From NCBI GenBank assembly GCA_032718475.1, contig JAUCBJ010000050.1, forward strand, positions 50,448 to 114,447: a stretch of DNA of 64,000 bases, written 5' to 3'. This DNA is from Nemertoderma westbladi (Eukaryota; Animalia; Xenacoelomorpha). Of the stretch, positions 1 to 13,533 are shown in pieces (position 1 is the first letter of the stretch; the number at the start of each line of letters is the position of its first letter). The notes under the pieces were generated by a model that saw only the letters and a program-made list of their open reading frames with translations, was not told the origin of the DNA and ran no database searches. Both the position numbers and the translations under genes were made by a program.

Positions 1-3000
1 TTATCATCAACCCTCATCATTATGATAATCTAAGGACATGCGTAGAACATAGTCAACCACAATAATGAACAAGAATGGTGCAAGTGTGTCTCCCTGGAGG
101 ACGCCCCATAACACTTCAAATGTATCTGTATCACCGTCAACAGTAGACACAAATGTTGTCAAACCATCGTATACTGATTTGATTGCTGCAATAATTTTAT
201 CAGGAATCCCATATAATGAATGTATGCTGAACATACGTGAGCGAGAGACTGAATCAAAGGCCTTGAAGAAGTCAACAAAGATAACAGCCAGATGCCTGTC
301 TTTCTTTTTTGATAACTCTTCAATTATCCTTCTAAGTGCCAAAATGGGCTCCATGGTCCCACGACCTTTACGGAACCCATTCTGATTTCCACGGAGCAGA
401 CTCTCAATGGGATCCCTGATGCGATTTAATAGAATTATATTGTATAGCTTTGCAGCAATCGAGATCAATGAGATTCCCCGTAAAGAACCATAGAGTTTTA
501 GGTTGCCCTTCTTGGGAACTGCACCAACTTATTTGTTTTCATTTCTTGTGGGACTCTTGTTGTACGGTACATGTCTACTATGATGGGATAGATGAGCTTT
601 AAACACTCCTAGGTATTTTAAAGACCTCAGGGGGAACACCATCTACTCCACTGGCACGATTGGTCTTAATGCTCTTTGCAGCAGTCTTCACTTCTGCAAA
701 GGAGATATCACCAATGGGAATATCTGGGAGTACAGACTCAGACACTTTTACTTCTATAAAGTTATTTGGCAATACCCTGTCATTATTGAAGAGCTTTTCA
801 AAGTGGGCCTTCCAACCATTGAGGCGATCGGCTGGTGATTCAGCCTTAACCTCCCTTGGTGGTTGGTTGGCTTTTTCGACCAGCAAGCAAGTTGATCGAT
901 CTCCATGCCTGGGATGATTGCCTGCTGTCGTCAGCATCATTGATGACAATCAACCTGTTGGTGTTGGTTTATTAGCTCCTGTAGATTAACAGAGTACTGC
1001 CTGTTCAGGGACCTAGATGCAGCCTTAACTGCATTCTTGGCCGCTGTAGTCTGTTTGAGTCGGGACTCTTTCTGCGCCTTACAGCCTTATAGAGGTCATT
1101 TCGGCACTTCTGAATTTTGTTGTCAGTCCAGGGGGCCCTTTTCCTGTTTCGAGGGTATTCATGAACTGTTTCTGCAGCTGCTAACTTAGCTGCTTCTGTA
1201 AAGGCAGTATAGCCCTCGCAGTGATCTGCCGCCTGAGAGGCAAGAACCTCATACCCGTTGCTCAGCTGTAGTGTGAAGCTGGATCTCACACTTGGCTATT
1301 GCAACAGAGAGGACCAGTCATGCCGTGGCAAGGCATATTTCGTTGTTCTGCTAGCACGCAGACTAAGTCTTACCTTGGCCACAATACGACAGTGATCACT
1401 GGAGAAGGATCGAAGTGTAAATGCATTACAGTCTTGTATAGAGCTCCTGTATTTCCTATGAAACAGAATATGGTCTATCTGGGATTTGTGGCCACTGCGT
1501 CCACTATGAGTCCATAGCTTTCCAGTTCGCTTCTTGAACTTGGTTCCAGCCGAAAACAATCCATTACCAGAGATAAAATCCTGAAGATGGACGGAATTTC
1601 GGTTAACACGATTGCTATAGACCCAGGGCGATGTAGGTGATTAGTGCAGCGACCTGAAATTGAACTGGAACTGAAAGTACGGAAACATTAATTTTTTTAA
1701 AACTGAAACTAGAACTGAAACTTGTTATCTTGGAATACTGGAGCTGTAACTAGAACTGAATTGCCAGAAATTTAAAACTGAAACTATAATCTATAAATTG
1801 GGAAAAAGAACAAATTTAAAATTCGCGTTTTTAGTGGTCATAAATACTATTTCATTTCTGTAATAAATAAATATATGTAATTTGCTTTATTGTGTTGCAA
1901 TGCAAGACTTACTATAGATACGAACAGCCAAATCGCTGCAAAGTTCATAAATTTAGTGGGGCAGTTAAATAGGCCTATCTTAGTTAGAAACTATAAAACA
2001 ATAGGTTTAGCACGTCTAATGTACTTGGCCCTAACTAAATGAAGTCCTCTTTCTGATGATGCAAATAAAAATTGTAATAGCTCCTGCTCCAGTAGTTTTC
2101 GAGATGGGGAGTTCCTGGCACCCATTTTAGCACCTTTCGGAATTGAAATACTCAAATATATATTTTATTTTCAAGAAATACGTAATTGTCAACCTAACAA
2201 TTACCTTTTTGCAGCTAAAAATTTCGGTTATTTTCATTAAAAATGTAATAAATGGCAGTCGGATCCATCGGTGGGTACCAAACGATTGGCCACGGCAGCT
2301 TGTTATGTACAGATATGTAAACAAGACACTTGCAAAACTTTCTGAAAGTATAACTGAAACGATATATTTTTGGGAACTGGAACTGGAACTGAAATAAATA
2401 GGTTTATTAGAACTGAAACAAGAACTAAAACTGAATTATTATTTTTTGGGAACTGAAACTTGAACTGAAATGAACGTGTTTATTAAAACTAAAACTGGAA
2501 CTGAAACCGAAACAAGTCAAATTTTCTTTCAGTTCGCAGCACTATAGGTGATTGATGCAGACTTGCATTAAAATGTTAAGAATGCATGCTGATCCACTCC
2601 ATCAGTAGCTGCTTGTAGATTGTGGTAGAAATTTTCCACCTCCTCTACAGGAGCAACACTAGTTGGAGAGTAGCACACAATCAGAACCACCTTAGGAAAC
2701 TTCTTAGCCAGTCTTCCAGAACATGAGAAGTGGCAACGGATGATGCGGTTAGAGATTTGGTCTATTTTGTCTAATGCTGCATGTGCAGTTGGATTCATCA
2801 ATAGACCAATTCCACCTTTGCCATTATCATCTGCTGATGCGAGGGCGAGTCGCCAACCGCCCCCCATGTCCTTAATCAGAACCTCATCTCATCAGTCTGT
2901 CCAGTCTGCATTCGGTGCTCTCGAACACCCACTGCGCGGAGATAAATCTTATCTGCCAAGGCAGTCAGCTCACCTTGTCGCATTGGGGACCCGAGTGTTA

Positions 3001-3100
3001 GGGTGTTTACTGAGGCTAGTCTAGTGACTTGCCTCAGATTCACCAATGGCTTTGTTGGTCGGGGTGGAACATGAGAGAGTAGCCTCCAACTCCAGAATAC
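1..3100 (-). mobile_element. Degenerate non-LTR retrotransposon (RTE-like LINE): APE endonuclease and RT fragments, runs off the window edge
   Basis: RT motifs in ORF 7-468 (QNGFRKGR, FVDFFKAFDSV, GVLQGDTLAPFLF). APE motifs in 1296-1559 (SQIDHIL, SSDH) and 2568-2867 (GIGLLM, CYSPT, ENFY). Broken by stops, frameshifts and a MITE; the 5' boundary is approximate. Confidence 0.85.
1642..2544. mobile_element. Non-autonomous hAT-type MITE inserted in the LINE endonuclease region
   Basis: TIRs TAGTGCAGCGACCTGAA / TTCAGTTCGCAGCACTA; perfect 8-bp TSD TAGGTGAT at 1634-1641 and 2545-2552; subterminal AACTGAA-type repeats. Confidence 0.9.
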
Positions 3101-3234
3101 CTCTCCCCCTCACAATCTGGCCTCCCTGGTTACCCAGGGTTTGGGCCAGAAAGGTAACGCGGAAAGGGACTCAAAGTATTGCCTTGACTCACTCACTCCT
3201 AAATAACCTGGTTTAGTATGATTGCATGAAGCGT

Positions 3235-3458
3235 GAGTGTCATAAGGACCTAAGTAGATTTTTGACTGATTTTACTTTTTTTTTTACAATTCCAAAGTTT
3301 TTGATATATTTGATAGAGTAAGAGTAGATAGAGTGAATTCCAAGAATCCTATTGGGCAATATTATTGGGTATTGTCGTAATATAACATCTCCATATTTTT
3401 GTAGGCTTTCCTAAACAGTGACCAATTGCAATTTTTGACTTAGGGCCTTATGATACTC
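3235..3458. mobile_element. Short MITE-like foldback
   Basis: 21-bp imperfect inverted repeat GAGTGTCATAAGGACCTAAGT / ACTTAGGGCCTTATGATACTC; no clear TSD. Confidence 0.45.
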
Positions 3459-5706
3459 AAATTACGATCTACCGGTATCATTTTCTTCAGCTATATCTGC
3501 AAAGTAATATCTCGTCTCATTGTTAAATCAATTAAGGGAAAATGTCAGGTTACAATTTAACGTTTATTCTAACCAAAACAATAAACAAAAGTCAATAGAA
3601 TATGTTACAGTTTTATTTTTGAGAGTAATCTGCTGTTATTTGTGTCGATTTTCCGCTGGAGAGGAATAAGTTTTGATGGCGTCGAACCCCCCCCCCCCCC
3701 CATCTGATATAAGAATACGAAATACGATCAAATATTAAAAAATTCATATATTTTTAATGTTAATCGATTTATAGTGCCAAAATGAAGAAAGTATTTCAAA
3801 ATTGAATTAAACTTGAAATGAAAATTATATTTTCATTTCTTTAGGTTTTAAACAAAGATAAACATATTAAACCCCAAGTCAAACAATGTATTTCCGCACC
3901 AACTCAATTAGCTTCTGTTAATAAAATTTAAATGTTCCAGTTTATAAACTATTTTTAAATTACAGATTGTAAAATTGAATTATTAAATTAACTTAACAAC
4001 ATGTGTGACAGTGCCACTACAAACCTTCCCATCACACCAGTACAAAACGAAATTACACAACGCCATAAACTGGTCCATTTAATTTTTATAGCGCTATCTA
4101 GTGGCGGACAATATAATTGTGCAAAGTCAGGGAACTAAAATTAACGCAAATATTTTTATTATTATTATTTTTACCTATTTTTTTGTAAACATTTGACCTA
4201 TTTTTTCGCAGTTACCGTGTGCCATACAGTATATACTGCAATAGTTCAGTACCGGCACCGGTACATCAATTTAGACCTAACCACAAACATACATTACTTG
4301 AGTCCACTTGGCCTATAAAATGTAATTATCTTCTTATTACAGTTATGTTTAACTTCAAATTAAATCCATTAGTCAAACAATTCAATCTGGGTAACACTTT
4401 TCTTGGCACTGCAATTTTCTATGAGAGAATCCCGCTCTTAGCTCTTAGAGAATTCATATCCCATTTCCATGAATTAACAATGTTAAATAATCAGCTGAAA
4501 TCAATTCTGTCAGTTTTATTATTGAACTCAGACCATAATTAATTATATTATACTGTATCTATATTATATTGCAACATAATTCAATATATTATATTAAAAT
4601 GTAAATCAATATTGAAATATAATTCAATATGTTATTATATTATAATTCAATATTATAATGAAATTTAATTTAATAATACTCATGAGATGAGTTCCAAAGG
4701 GAGAAGAAACAGGCACTATGAAACTAGGTGGTTGGGGTGAACCTAAAAAGTAACTACTCTGACAGGGAGGCAGCGCAGCATCACCACAAAAATCACAAAA
4801 TAACGTTTCTGCTTATTAATATGTAAAACATAATACATTTCAGCTTTTGCAGAATTACAGTATAGGATGGATGCGGAAGTCTTACAGTTACTTTGAAGTG
4901 TTTAAACAACTCACCCAGTGCTTTTTTTTCTCTCCCGCTGGAACTCAACTCTTGAAATCCTTTAATCTTGAGCTTATTGTCAGATCTCTTTTCTGGGCCG
5001 GAACATTATCCAAAGGAAAAAGGTTATTACTTCTTGTTAAATTATTAATAAATGCCATTAAATAATCATTTCTATCTTAAGTAACAAGGTACTTCAAGGG
5101 CCTTCTAGCGTCATAGTGTATGCAGTATCAACTCATGATTTAAAGTAAATCTTATGTCTATTTGACTTTATTTCCCACATAGACTCCTACTCCGAGAGTT
5201 TATGGCTTAAAGTATTGCATTTACAAAATCTGCCATAATTATAATTCACCAATATACAAATAATAAGGTATTTATTTAATTACAGTATGCAGAATATATA
5301 AATATTCCTTATATATTATTTAAACAACAATATAAACCACATAATAATAACCACATAATATTCTCATTCAATTTCTGAATGAACATGTTTCAACATGAGA
5401 ATTTCACATTCTCATCTCATGTTATTTTCCATTCAAACTCGGGCCAATTGGGGAAGGGATTTCTTATTTTCGTTACAATCGAGAAGATTATAGCCCACCC
5501 CCCCCCCCCCCCCCCCCCCACCCATTGATTCTTCAGTTCTTAATAATTTGGTGTACCTACCGCTACCGCTACCGGTATAACCTGTGTAAAGAAATGGACT
5601 GGAATGGGAGGGAGATAAAATAGTGATTACAGATATGGAATAAATGTAACCCACATTTTCAAGTTACCAATATTCCATTCTCATTGACTGTGTTAAACAG
5701 GATTAA

Positions 5707-5722
5707 GGGGGGGGGGGGGGGT

Positions 5723-5758
<36 letters not shown>

Positions 5759-6949
5759 AGTCGAATTTCGTGAAAAAAATCATAAATTTTTTTATTGTTT
5801 CATTAAGACCGAAATTTTATGGAGATTTCAAATATTTAAGCGGTTTTGCAATATCATCTTTAGTTTTCGAGATATTGGGCTTTTTACACTACTTGCTCTT
5901 TTCGTTCTATCTCAAAATTTCATAATCCCAAAGATTTGTCTAATTACGCCAATTTTAATTCTTGTGGGGTTTTTGAGGTCGGTGAATCCGATGGAAACAC
6001 TTCATAAAAAATCTCACCCAAGTCTTGCCTGTTATTTTTCCAGTTTTTATGCAGTACTTGCACTTTTCGTTCTATATCAAAATTTCAAAGTGATGGGACA
6101 AACAGACAGACATAACAGACACAAGCCTAGATTCCACCAAACATAAAAATGGACATCGGAAATAAATCTCCGCCCCAGTGAACCTCCATAACGGCAAATT
6201 TAGACAACCAGACAGACAGGCAGACAGACAGACAGAACTAAACCCCATAACGAACTAACTATTAGCTAGTTTTATCATCTTACTTCCTGTCGGACATTAT
6301 TTAACTGGCATTCTTTCATATTCACAGACAGTTTGCGCGGGAAGGTTCAAAAAACGACATTTTTTATTTTCGTCATTATTTCCTATACGTCCTTACGTCA
6401 TTACGTCCTATTTCATTTTTTGGTCACTAAAAATCTATCTCCTTCAATCTTTATCCGATTTGGCTAATTTATTTTTTTATTTGAAATCCCTGAACAGATT
6501 CCCATAGATGGATTTTTGAATTTCGCTCTAGTTCTCGAGAAAGGTTTGATTAAAGCCTGTGTAGTCTATAAAAATGAAAATTTCATGACTTTGTGTCCCA
6601 AAAAGTGCAATAAAATCATTTTGAAAAAGAAATTCAAAAATTCCTCTTAGCATTCTATAAAGGGATAGTCAGTGCCCCTACTCACCAATTTTCAGACCTA
6701 AATACTCAAAATTGTAGGAGGAGATACATTTTAAGAACGGACTAATCAAAAATTTCGTGAAATTGGCTATTTGCCAATCAGAAGCGAGTGTTTTAGGTGT
6801 GTGACCATGGAAATGGAAAGCCCGTCCAATTACCTTTCAGAATATATATATATATATATGTCCTGGTATTCAATATTATAGTACTGTGTTGTATGTATTT
6901 TAAACATTTCTAAAAGGTTGCCAAATCCGACTTCCCCACCCCCCTACCC
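5707..6949. mobile_element. Non-autonomous DNA transposon, Kolobok-like
   Basis: TTAA on both flanks (5703-5706, 6950-6953); GG...CC termini; imperfect TIR (G-run-TAGTCGAATTT vs AAATCCGACTTCCCCACCCCCCTACCC). Confidence 0.55.
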
Positions 6950-7462
6950 TTAACGTGATTGGTTACTGCTTGCTTTGTAGCAGCTTTCTCCAACCACAAC
7001 ACTTCTTTTATACGATATGAAATAAAGGTAACTGGAAATGCCACGATCCAAGCACCACGGGTATCAATAGGAAAAATGAGTAATTATTTCTACAATTGCA
7101 ATTATGAAGTTGAGTTTAATCATATAATAAATTAATATAGTTATAATAAAATAAGTTGAGTTAATAATAATGTAGGGTTTCGATATGGGGTATTTGTGGC
7201 AACTCAGGCGGTGCAAACAGTCTGGATAAGCATAATAATAAAATTTCATCGCATGTAATAATATCTAGAATAACAATAATAGTAAATATTACACACTCCT
7301 AGCTTATACAAACTAATTTAATATTTATAATAAATTTATAAATTTATAATAGGAAAATACTAGTAAAGCTAGCATGGTATAGGTGGTACAGTTTCAATAC
7401 TGCGAGGGGATGTCGTGATCGCTCAGACCCGCACTGTCCCCGAACCCCAAACTGCACCATGA

Positions 7463-7851
7463 TCATCGTCCGCTACGGAGGCAGATGGAACTGGATCGGA
7501 GGAGGGCGAATTGAAGGCGCCGCCGAACACCCCCCAAAACACACGCGAGGCCCATTTCCCTCATCCCTTGGTGTTTAGCAACGAGTGCATCAGCGATGTG
7601 ATTTATCAGTATCTGTGCCTCGCGGCACCAGACACCATGAACGGCATCCTCTGGTCCTCGCATGCGGCGCAGTAGTGGTGCTTCTTATAGCGGCAGTGTT
7701 CATCTAACAACGACTCAGTTGAATGGTTGGCCTGGGCATAAGAGGTGGCGTCAGCATTTAATACAGCAATGCCGAATGACACCACCCGTTGAGAAGCCCA
7801 GACCCCACGTGCAACTAAGTCGGCCCGGATGGGGACGCCACCGACCACCAA
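7463..7851 (-). pseudogene. 3' fragment of a CRE-like non-LTR retrotransposon (restriction-like endonuclease region), frameshifted
   Basis: RADLVARGVW..F.IAV..ADATSY..K..HY...C....F, then INHIADAL...LQFALLR..SICLR: the pattern of RLE C-termini; GC-rich island in AT-rich DNA. Confidence 0.6.
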
Positions 7852-10350
7852 AGCGGCGCTGTCCAGTCCAGGTGACCCCGCGACAGGGTCACCTCCCGCT
7901 CAACGCTCGAACGTCCGACAATTATAAGCATAATAATTGCAAAAGCAGTGCCTGAAAAGGTCTATAATGCTTGAAAGGACTTCCCCCATTGGTTTCCAAA
8001 ATTTGCTTTAGTTTACCTTACCATGTTTGTTAGACGGGCCTGCATTATTGCTGTTTACCTGAAAACCCAAGTTTCTTAGTTTATTTGAATTTGGCCATCC
8101 ATGATTGATTGCCTTTCATTACATCGCCATTCGCCGGTATTCTATTTTATTTACTATGTATTCATTGTATGTGTATGTGTGTGTATCGTATGGTATACAT
8201 AATTATATATAATTGGCAGTATCTTTGGCATCCAGTTTAATCTTAACTTAACTTGATAACTAAATTCGCTTCAGTCGCACTACACAATGGAGAGTCATAC
8301 ATATTCGTCTTCTTCAATCGTCAACCCCATTTTAACATCAGTTCGCTCAATGTCGATGAAAGAATCGGAAAAGGATCAGACAATGGCAATCTCTGAGGTA
8401 CAGTAGTTAGTGGATATGTCTAATATATCGCCCCTAGGCCACTATTTATTTACTTTTAATTATATATAGTATATGTATTTAGTATAATCCATTATAGAAA
8501 TTAATAAAAACCCGCGCTATTTCCAGACTTTTCGATGTTACCCGTTACATAGAAATGGACTGAATGTGAAATGATGGAGGTAACATGATATTGCCTTTAT
8601 CCTCTTCATCTTGGTTACCTGACACAATGGAAAATATTAATAATAATTCATGCGCCCCTAATTAGCTAAACGCACAGACGATATAAATATATATAAGATA
8701 TTAATATACAGTATTTGGTTAGGCTATTTAATAAATTAATTGTTCTTGTTTAGAAACTATTACTCTTTTTTAAACGATAAAAATTTCATTCGCGATTTCT
8801 TTTGCAAAGTACTTAACAGTGTTGTGAACCTCGTTGCTTTATTTGTAGTCATTCACTACGTTCGTTAATATAATAATCCTCAGTTGCACACTGTAGGAGC
8901 AGTGTAGCACACTGTGAAGTGCTACTGCTTCACATTTCACTTGACTTAAATATATAAATAGTTATTATTATTAATTTGTTTATGAATTAAATAAGACTCG
9001 TGCAGGTGAAACAAATATATATAGCTTCTAATATTATTTATTAATAAATAATGAATTTAAAATTTGTTACAATATTAATAATACAAGCCAGTTTTTTTTA
9101 TTATAAGTTTTTCAAAAGTGTATTAGTCTGATAGTATTAACATGTTGTGGTTAGGTTAGATAGAGATACTCATGATAACTGAACTAATTATACCTCCGTT
9201 CTCTAATACTAATATTACATGTTCATACATTAGCATTCATGATATTCAATATTCATACATACACACATTGGAGTGGTGAGTGCACACCTCCTGGTCTCTC
9301 AGTGGTGTATTTTCTGTACAGCTGTACTGCAGTATCCTGGTATCAATTCGGTACTGCAGTAGGCCTACTGCTACATGCTGTATCCTTAGCCTTAGGTATG
9401 TCATTCGGTCTGTTGTTAGGGGCAGTACGGGCAGATGGGGGTCTGGGGGTTGTGCTTTCTGTGCTTCTGTCCTTGTGTCACCGATAGACATTCAGTCATT
9501 AGTGATTATTGCTGTAGTCAGGTAGGCCTAGTGTGTAGGCCTATGCGCCTATGTACAGATGTATCAGTGTATGGAACTGAACTTGTTTATTAGATTAGGC
9601 CTAGTGTATCCAAAGCAGCAAAGATTGTGTTCTCAACTTTCTTGTTCCTGTAACTTTTAATAATAATAATAAAATATTTGATGACGTGCGTTACCTTAAA
9701 TAGGGCTATATTGCTGTATATTGTCTATCTGTCTATGTCAAATTGCTGTATTGTGATTGTCGTACTGTACTGCTGTGTGCTGTAGGTAGCTGGGTAGGCT
9801 GGGCAGCTGGGGTTGTATGGCCATTTTTTCAATTTTTTTTAATCCCACGGGAGCACAGTTACATGAAACCATAATGGCCACTTTTTTAGAAACTTTTGAC
9901 CAGGAACAAAAAAAAATCAGCATGTAGGTTCCGGTAGGCCTACAACTTTTGTTATGATATGATTACAATTTTGAGACTGTGACCTCTAGTTCCAAAATTG
10001 GAAGTTTTTGACCTGCCGTTTTTGGGATTTCTTATTCTGATAGAGGCAGAGCTGCAGAGTGGTTGTAGTCGCAGGCATATATTAGGCCTACAGAACTTTC
10101 GTTGTCAATGTGTCAGCTCGTCATGCCCATGCGGTGACGTGACATTTGAAATTCTAGTGAGTTGCATGTGTCTGTTGCCAGGTTGCTGTTGACCTGGAGA
10201 TGGAAGAAGACTCAGTTCCAGTTGTTGTCTCTATCAGTCTATGTTAGTGTTAGGCCTAGTACTTCCAGAGGCGGTCATTCATTACCATTACCAGTGCTTT
10301 TTGTTTGATTAAATGCCGACTGTGCCACACATCTACCTGTCTACTGCATA

Positions 10351-11095
10351 AGTAACCGCTTTAGATCCTAGAACACCTTAGATCCTGACAGCCTGAAAAA
10401 AGAACTTAGATCTTGGGTGAACTTAGATCTTTCCATTCGAACTTAGATCCTTCCCATACGAACTTAATTCCTTCCCATATGCAGATATGACTGGACTGTA
10501 TGAACTTCGATCCTCAACATACGAACTTCCCAACTTAGATTATACCTTGCATATATTGCTGTACCGTCTGACCGTAGCTGTGTAATGTGAAAACGTCATT
10601 CCATAGGCCCTGACTGCCTGAGGCCAGCAGACCTTACTGCCTTACTGTAAATATTATCAGGCTTGAAGGGAAGCGATCTTAGATCCTACCACAAATACAT
10701 TGCAATGAATTAGGTATTAATTTGCAAATTATAGTTTGTTGGTGAGCTACTGATCTCAACTACTTTGAGTGTAAGACTTATTTGCATTAGATCATTATAA
10801 GTACTTTTATATGCTAAGTGTATGTGTAACACAGTACAATATACTATAATATCAATAGAACACGGGAACACGGCCAACGCACAGTACATGTGGGATCTAA
10901 GATCGCTTCTCCTCTAGCATGGCAGCATACGCATAGCGTGTTCTAAGGAATTTGTATAAATTGGGATCTAAGTTCACCTAGGTAGTTCAGTTGTTATGTA
11001 GTTAGGATCTACGGTAACTTCCCCCTGATAGTATCTAAGTTCACCTAGTTAGGATCTGTCAAAGTCAGGCCCTGCAGGATCTAAGTTCGTTTACC
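10351..11095. mobile_element. Foldback/MITE-like element with subterminal AACTTAGATC repeats
   Basis: Left arm has many (A)ACTTAGATC copies and right arm has the inverse GATCTAAGTT; imperfect ends AGTAACCGCTTTAGATCC / GGATCTAAGTTCGTTTACC. Confidence 0.45.
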
Positions 11096-12120
11096 GAAAT
11101 ATAATGCATTCTAATAAATTTGCATGAAAATAGATTAGTTAAAAATACATTATTAACCTAATAACTGGCTGACTGGTGCCTGCCTATCAATACTACTTCC
11201 AATTTTGGAATTAATGCCGAAATTTGAATAAAAATTTCCATTTTTGAAAACTGCCAATTTTGGCATAGATCACTCACTGATTGTACTGTTGTATATAAGG
11301 CACGTATAACATAATTATTCTAGGCCTAATATAATTGTTTTACTGTAACAATTATACATATAATGGCGTGTCTTTTCTGCTCGCCGGATGAGTGGAATGT
11401 ACCAGTAGGTGTACAGGTATAGGTGCATGCACTAGGTATGTGCCGTTTTTTATTGCATTTTGAATGTTGTGTTTCCAGGTCACTGCGCTTCTGCATAGTG
11501 CATAGATTATCGGGATTAAACTTTTCGTCAACTGCCGGCTGCTGCAGTCTCTTTGCGCAGAGCGCACAATACTGCAATTCAAGAGAAAGCCTGCCATCTT
11601 GCCTGCCAGCTCAAGGTAGCAGCTTTAGTGCAGCACATGGTTTTTTGGGAACATGGCACGGCAAGGGCAACAATCATGTCTTCAGGTTGCCTGTGTTTAT
11701 ATCTAATTGTATGGAACATGGCAGCAATCAGTGGTTGTGAGTGTTTATAATTGTGTAGGTGATTGGCTTACATTACCGGTAAGTGATACCGTACTAAACT
11801 CTGTCATAAAACTGTTTGCCTATAATTCTGTAATTAATCAATAAATGATATTTATTTATTACGACATAAATGCGATTGCAATATAAACTTATATATATTT
11901 ATTTGTGATTTATATATATCTCTACACTTCAAAGCTTTAAGATTATCCAGCTTTTAACATTAATTCACTCACTGCCATTCATTTACTGGACTCATTTTCC
12001 TTCGGGACTCTAACCTACCTTACATATATATATATATCGATCAGTATTTATTTATTGTTAGCCGCGCGACCTGAGTGTCGGGTAGTAATAGTTGGAAATT
12101 ACGAATTCTAAACACAAAAA

Positions 12121-13533
12121 ATGGCAACAAGCAATTCAAATTACATATCGGATGTTAAAGAAATAACGCAGAAAGTCAGTGAGAAACTTGTGCTGACTAA
12201 TGGGGAGCCTGAGGATTCCAGTGAATGGAAGAAAAAACTGAAACTTCCAAAAAAGGATCTTCGAGTAAAGACAGCCGATGTTACGGACACAAAAGGCAAT
12301 GATTTCGAGGAATACTGCCTTCGCAGGGAACTCTTAATGGGTATTTTTGAGAAAGGTTTTGAATCTCCATCGCCGATACAAGAAGAAGCTATCCCAGTCG
12401 CATTGAGTGGTCGCGATATTCTCGCTCGAGCTAAAAACGGAACTGGTAAAACCGCGGCCTACCTCATTCCTATGTTGGAGAAAATCGACAACAAAAACGA
12501 CGCGATCCAAGCGATGGTAATGGTGCCGACACGAGAGTTGGCCCTGCAGACAAGTCAAATATGCCGCGAGTTGGGCAAACACTTAAAGGTGCGGGTCATG
12601 GTGACAACAGGGGGCACCTCGCTCAAAGACGATATTATGCGACTCTACGACCCGGTTCACATAATCATAACGACACCCGGGCGCATTTTAGACCTCATGA
12701 GTAAAAATATCGCCAAGGCCGACAAGTGCAGCCTCTTAGTGCTTGACGAGGCCGACAAACTATTATCGCAGGATTTTAAAGGCCTTCTCGATAAAGTTAT
12801 CAGTTTTATGCCGAGCGGCCGGCAGATTATGCTGTTCTCGGCCACATTTCCCTTGACCGTAGAAGACTTTGCCGCTAAACATCTTAAGGATCCTTACGCT
12901 ATTAACCTGATGGATGAACTTACCCTTAAAGGTATCACGCAGTACTACGCGTACGTTGAAGAGTCACAGAAAGTCCGTTGTCTCAACACGTTGTTCGCCA
13001 AACTCCTCATCAATCAGAGCATAATATTCTGCAACTCGACAACTCGCGTGGAACTTCTCGCCAAGAAGATCACGGATCTCGGATACAGCTGCTTTTTCAT
13101 CCACGCGCGCATGGCGCAGCACCACCGCAACCGTGTGTTCCACGACTTCCGACAGGGGGCCTGTCGCAACCTCGTCTGTAGCGATCTCTTCACACGAGGT
13201 ATCGACATCCCCGCGGTCAACGTTGTAATCAACTTCGATTTCCCCAAGTACTCCGAGACTTACCTGCATCGTATCGGTCGGAGCGGCAGGTACGGCCACC
13301 TCGGCCTCGCCATCAACCTCATCACCAACGACGATCGAATCAATCTCTACAAGATGGAGCGCGAACTCACCACTGAGATTAAACCCATCCCTCGGGCCAT
13401 TGATAAGCGTCTCTACGTGGCCGAGTTCCAGACGCAGGATAAGTTTGGGGGCGGCGTTCCCCAGGGCGATAACGTAAACAACGCGGTGGTTGAAGGCGAC
13501 GTCGATGGAGTGGGCGATGCTCCAGTAAACTAA
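12121..13533 (+). CDS. DDX6: DEAD-box RNA helicase DDX6/Me31B/Dhh1, 470 aa, intronless CDS
   Basis: Q motif PSPIQEE, motif [38 protein letters not shown]; family-diagnostic [21 protein letters not shown]. Confidence 0.97.
   Translation: MATSNSNYISDVKEITQKVSEKLVLTNGEPEDSSEWKKKLKLPKKDLRVKTADVTDTKGNDFEEYCLRRELLMGIFEKGFESPSPIQEEAIPVALSGRDILARAKNGTGKTAAYLIPMLEKIDNKNDAIQAMVMVPTRELALQTSQICRELGKHLKVRVMVTTGGTSLKDDIMRLYDPVHIIITTPGRILDLMSKNIAKADKCSLLVLDEADKLLSQDFKGLLDKVISFMPSGRQIMLFSATFPLTVEDFAAKHLKDPYAINLMDELTLKGITQYYAYVEESQKVRCLNTLFAKLLINQSIIFCNSTTRVELLAKKITDLGYSCFFIHARMAQHHRNRVFHDFRQGACRNLVCSDLFTRGIDIPAVNVVINFDFPKYSETYLHRIGRSGRYGHLGLAINLITNDDRINLYKMERELTTEIKPIPRAIDKRLYVAEFQTQDKFGGGVPQGDNVNNAVVEGDVDGVGDAPVN

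Noticed and set aside
5433-6146. Poly-Gly ORFs
   Set aside because: They arise from G/C homopolymer runs in repeat DNA.
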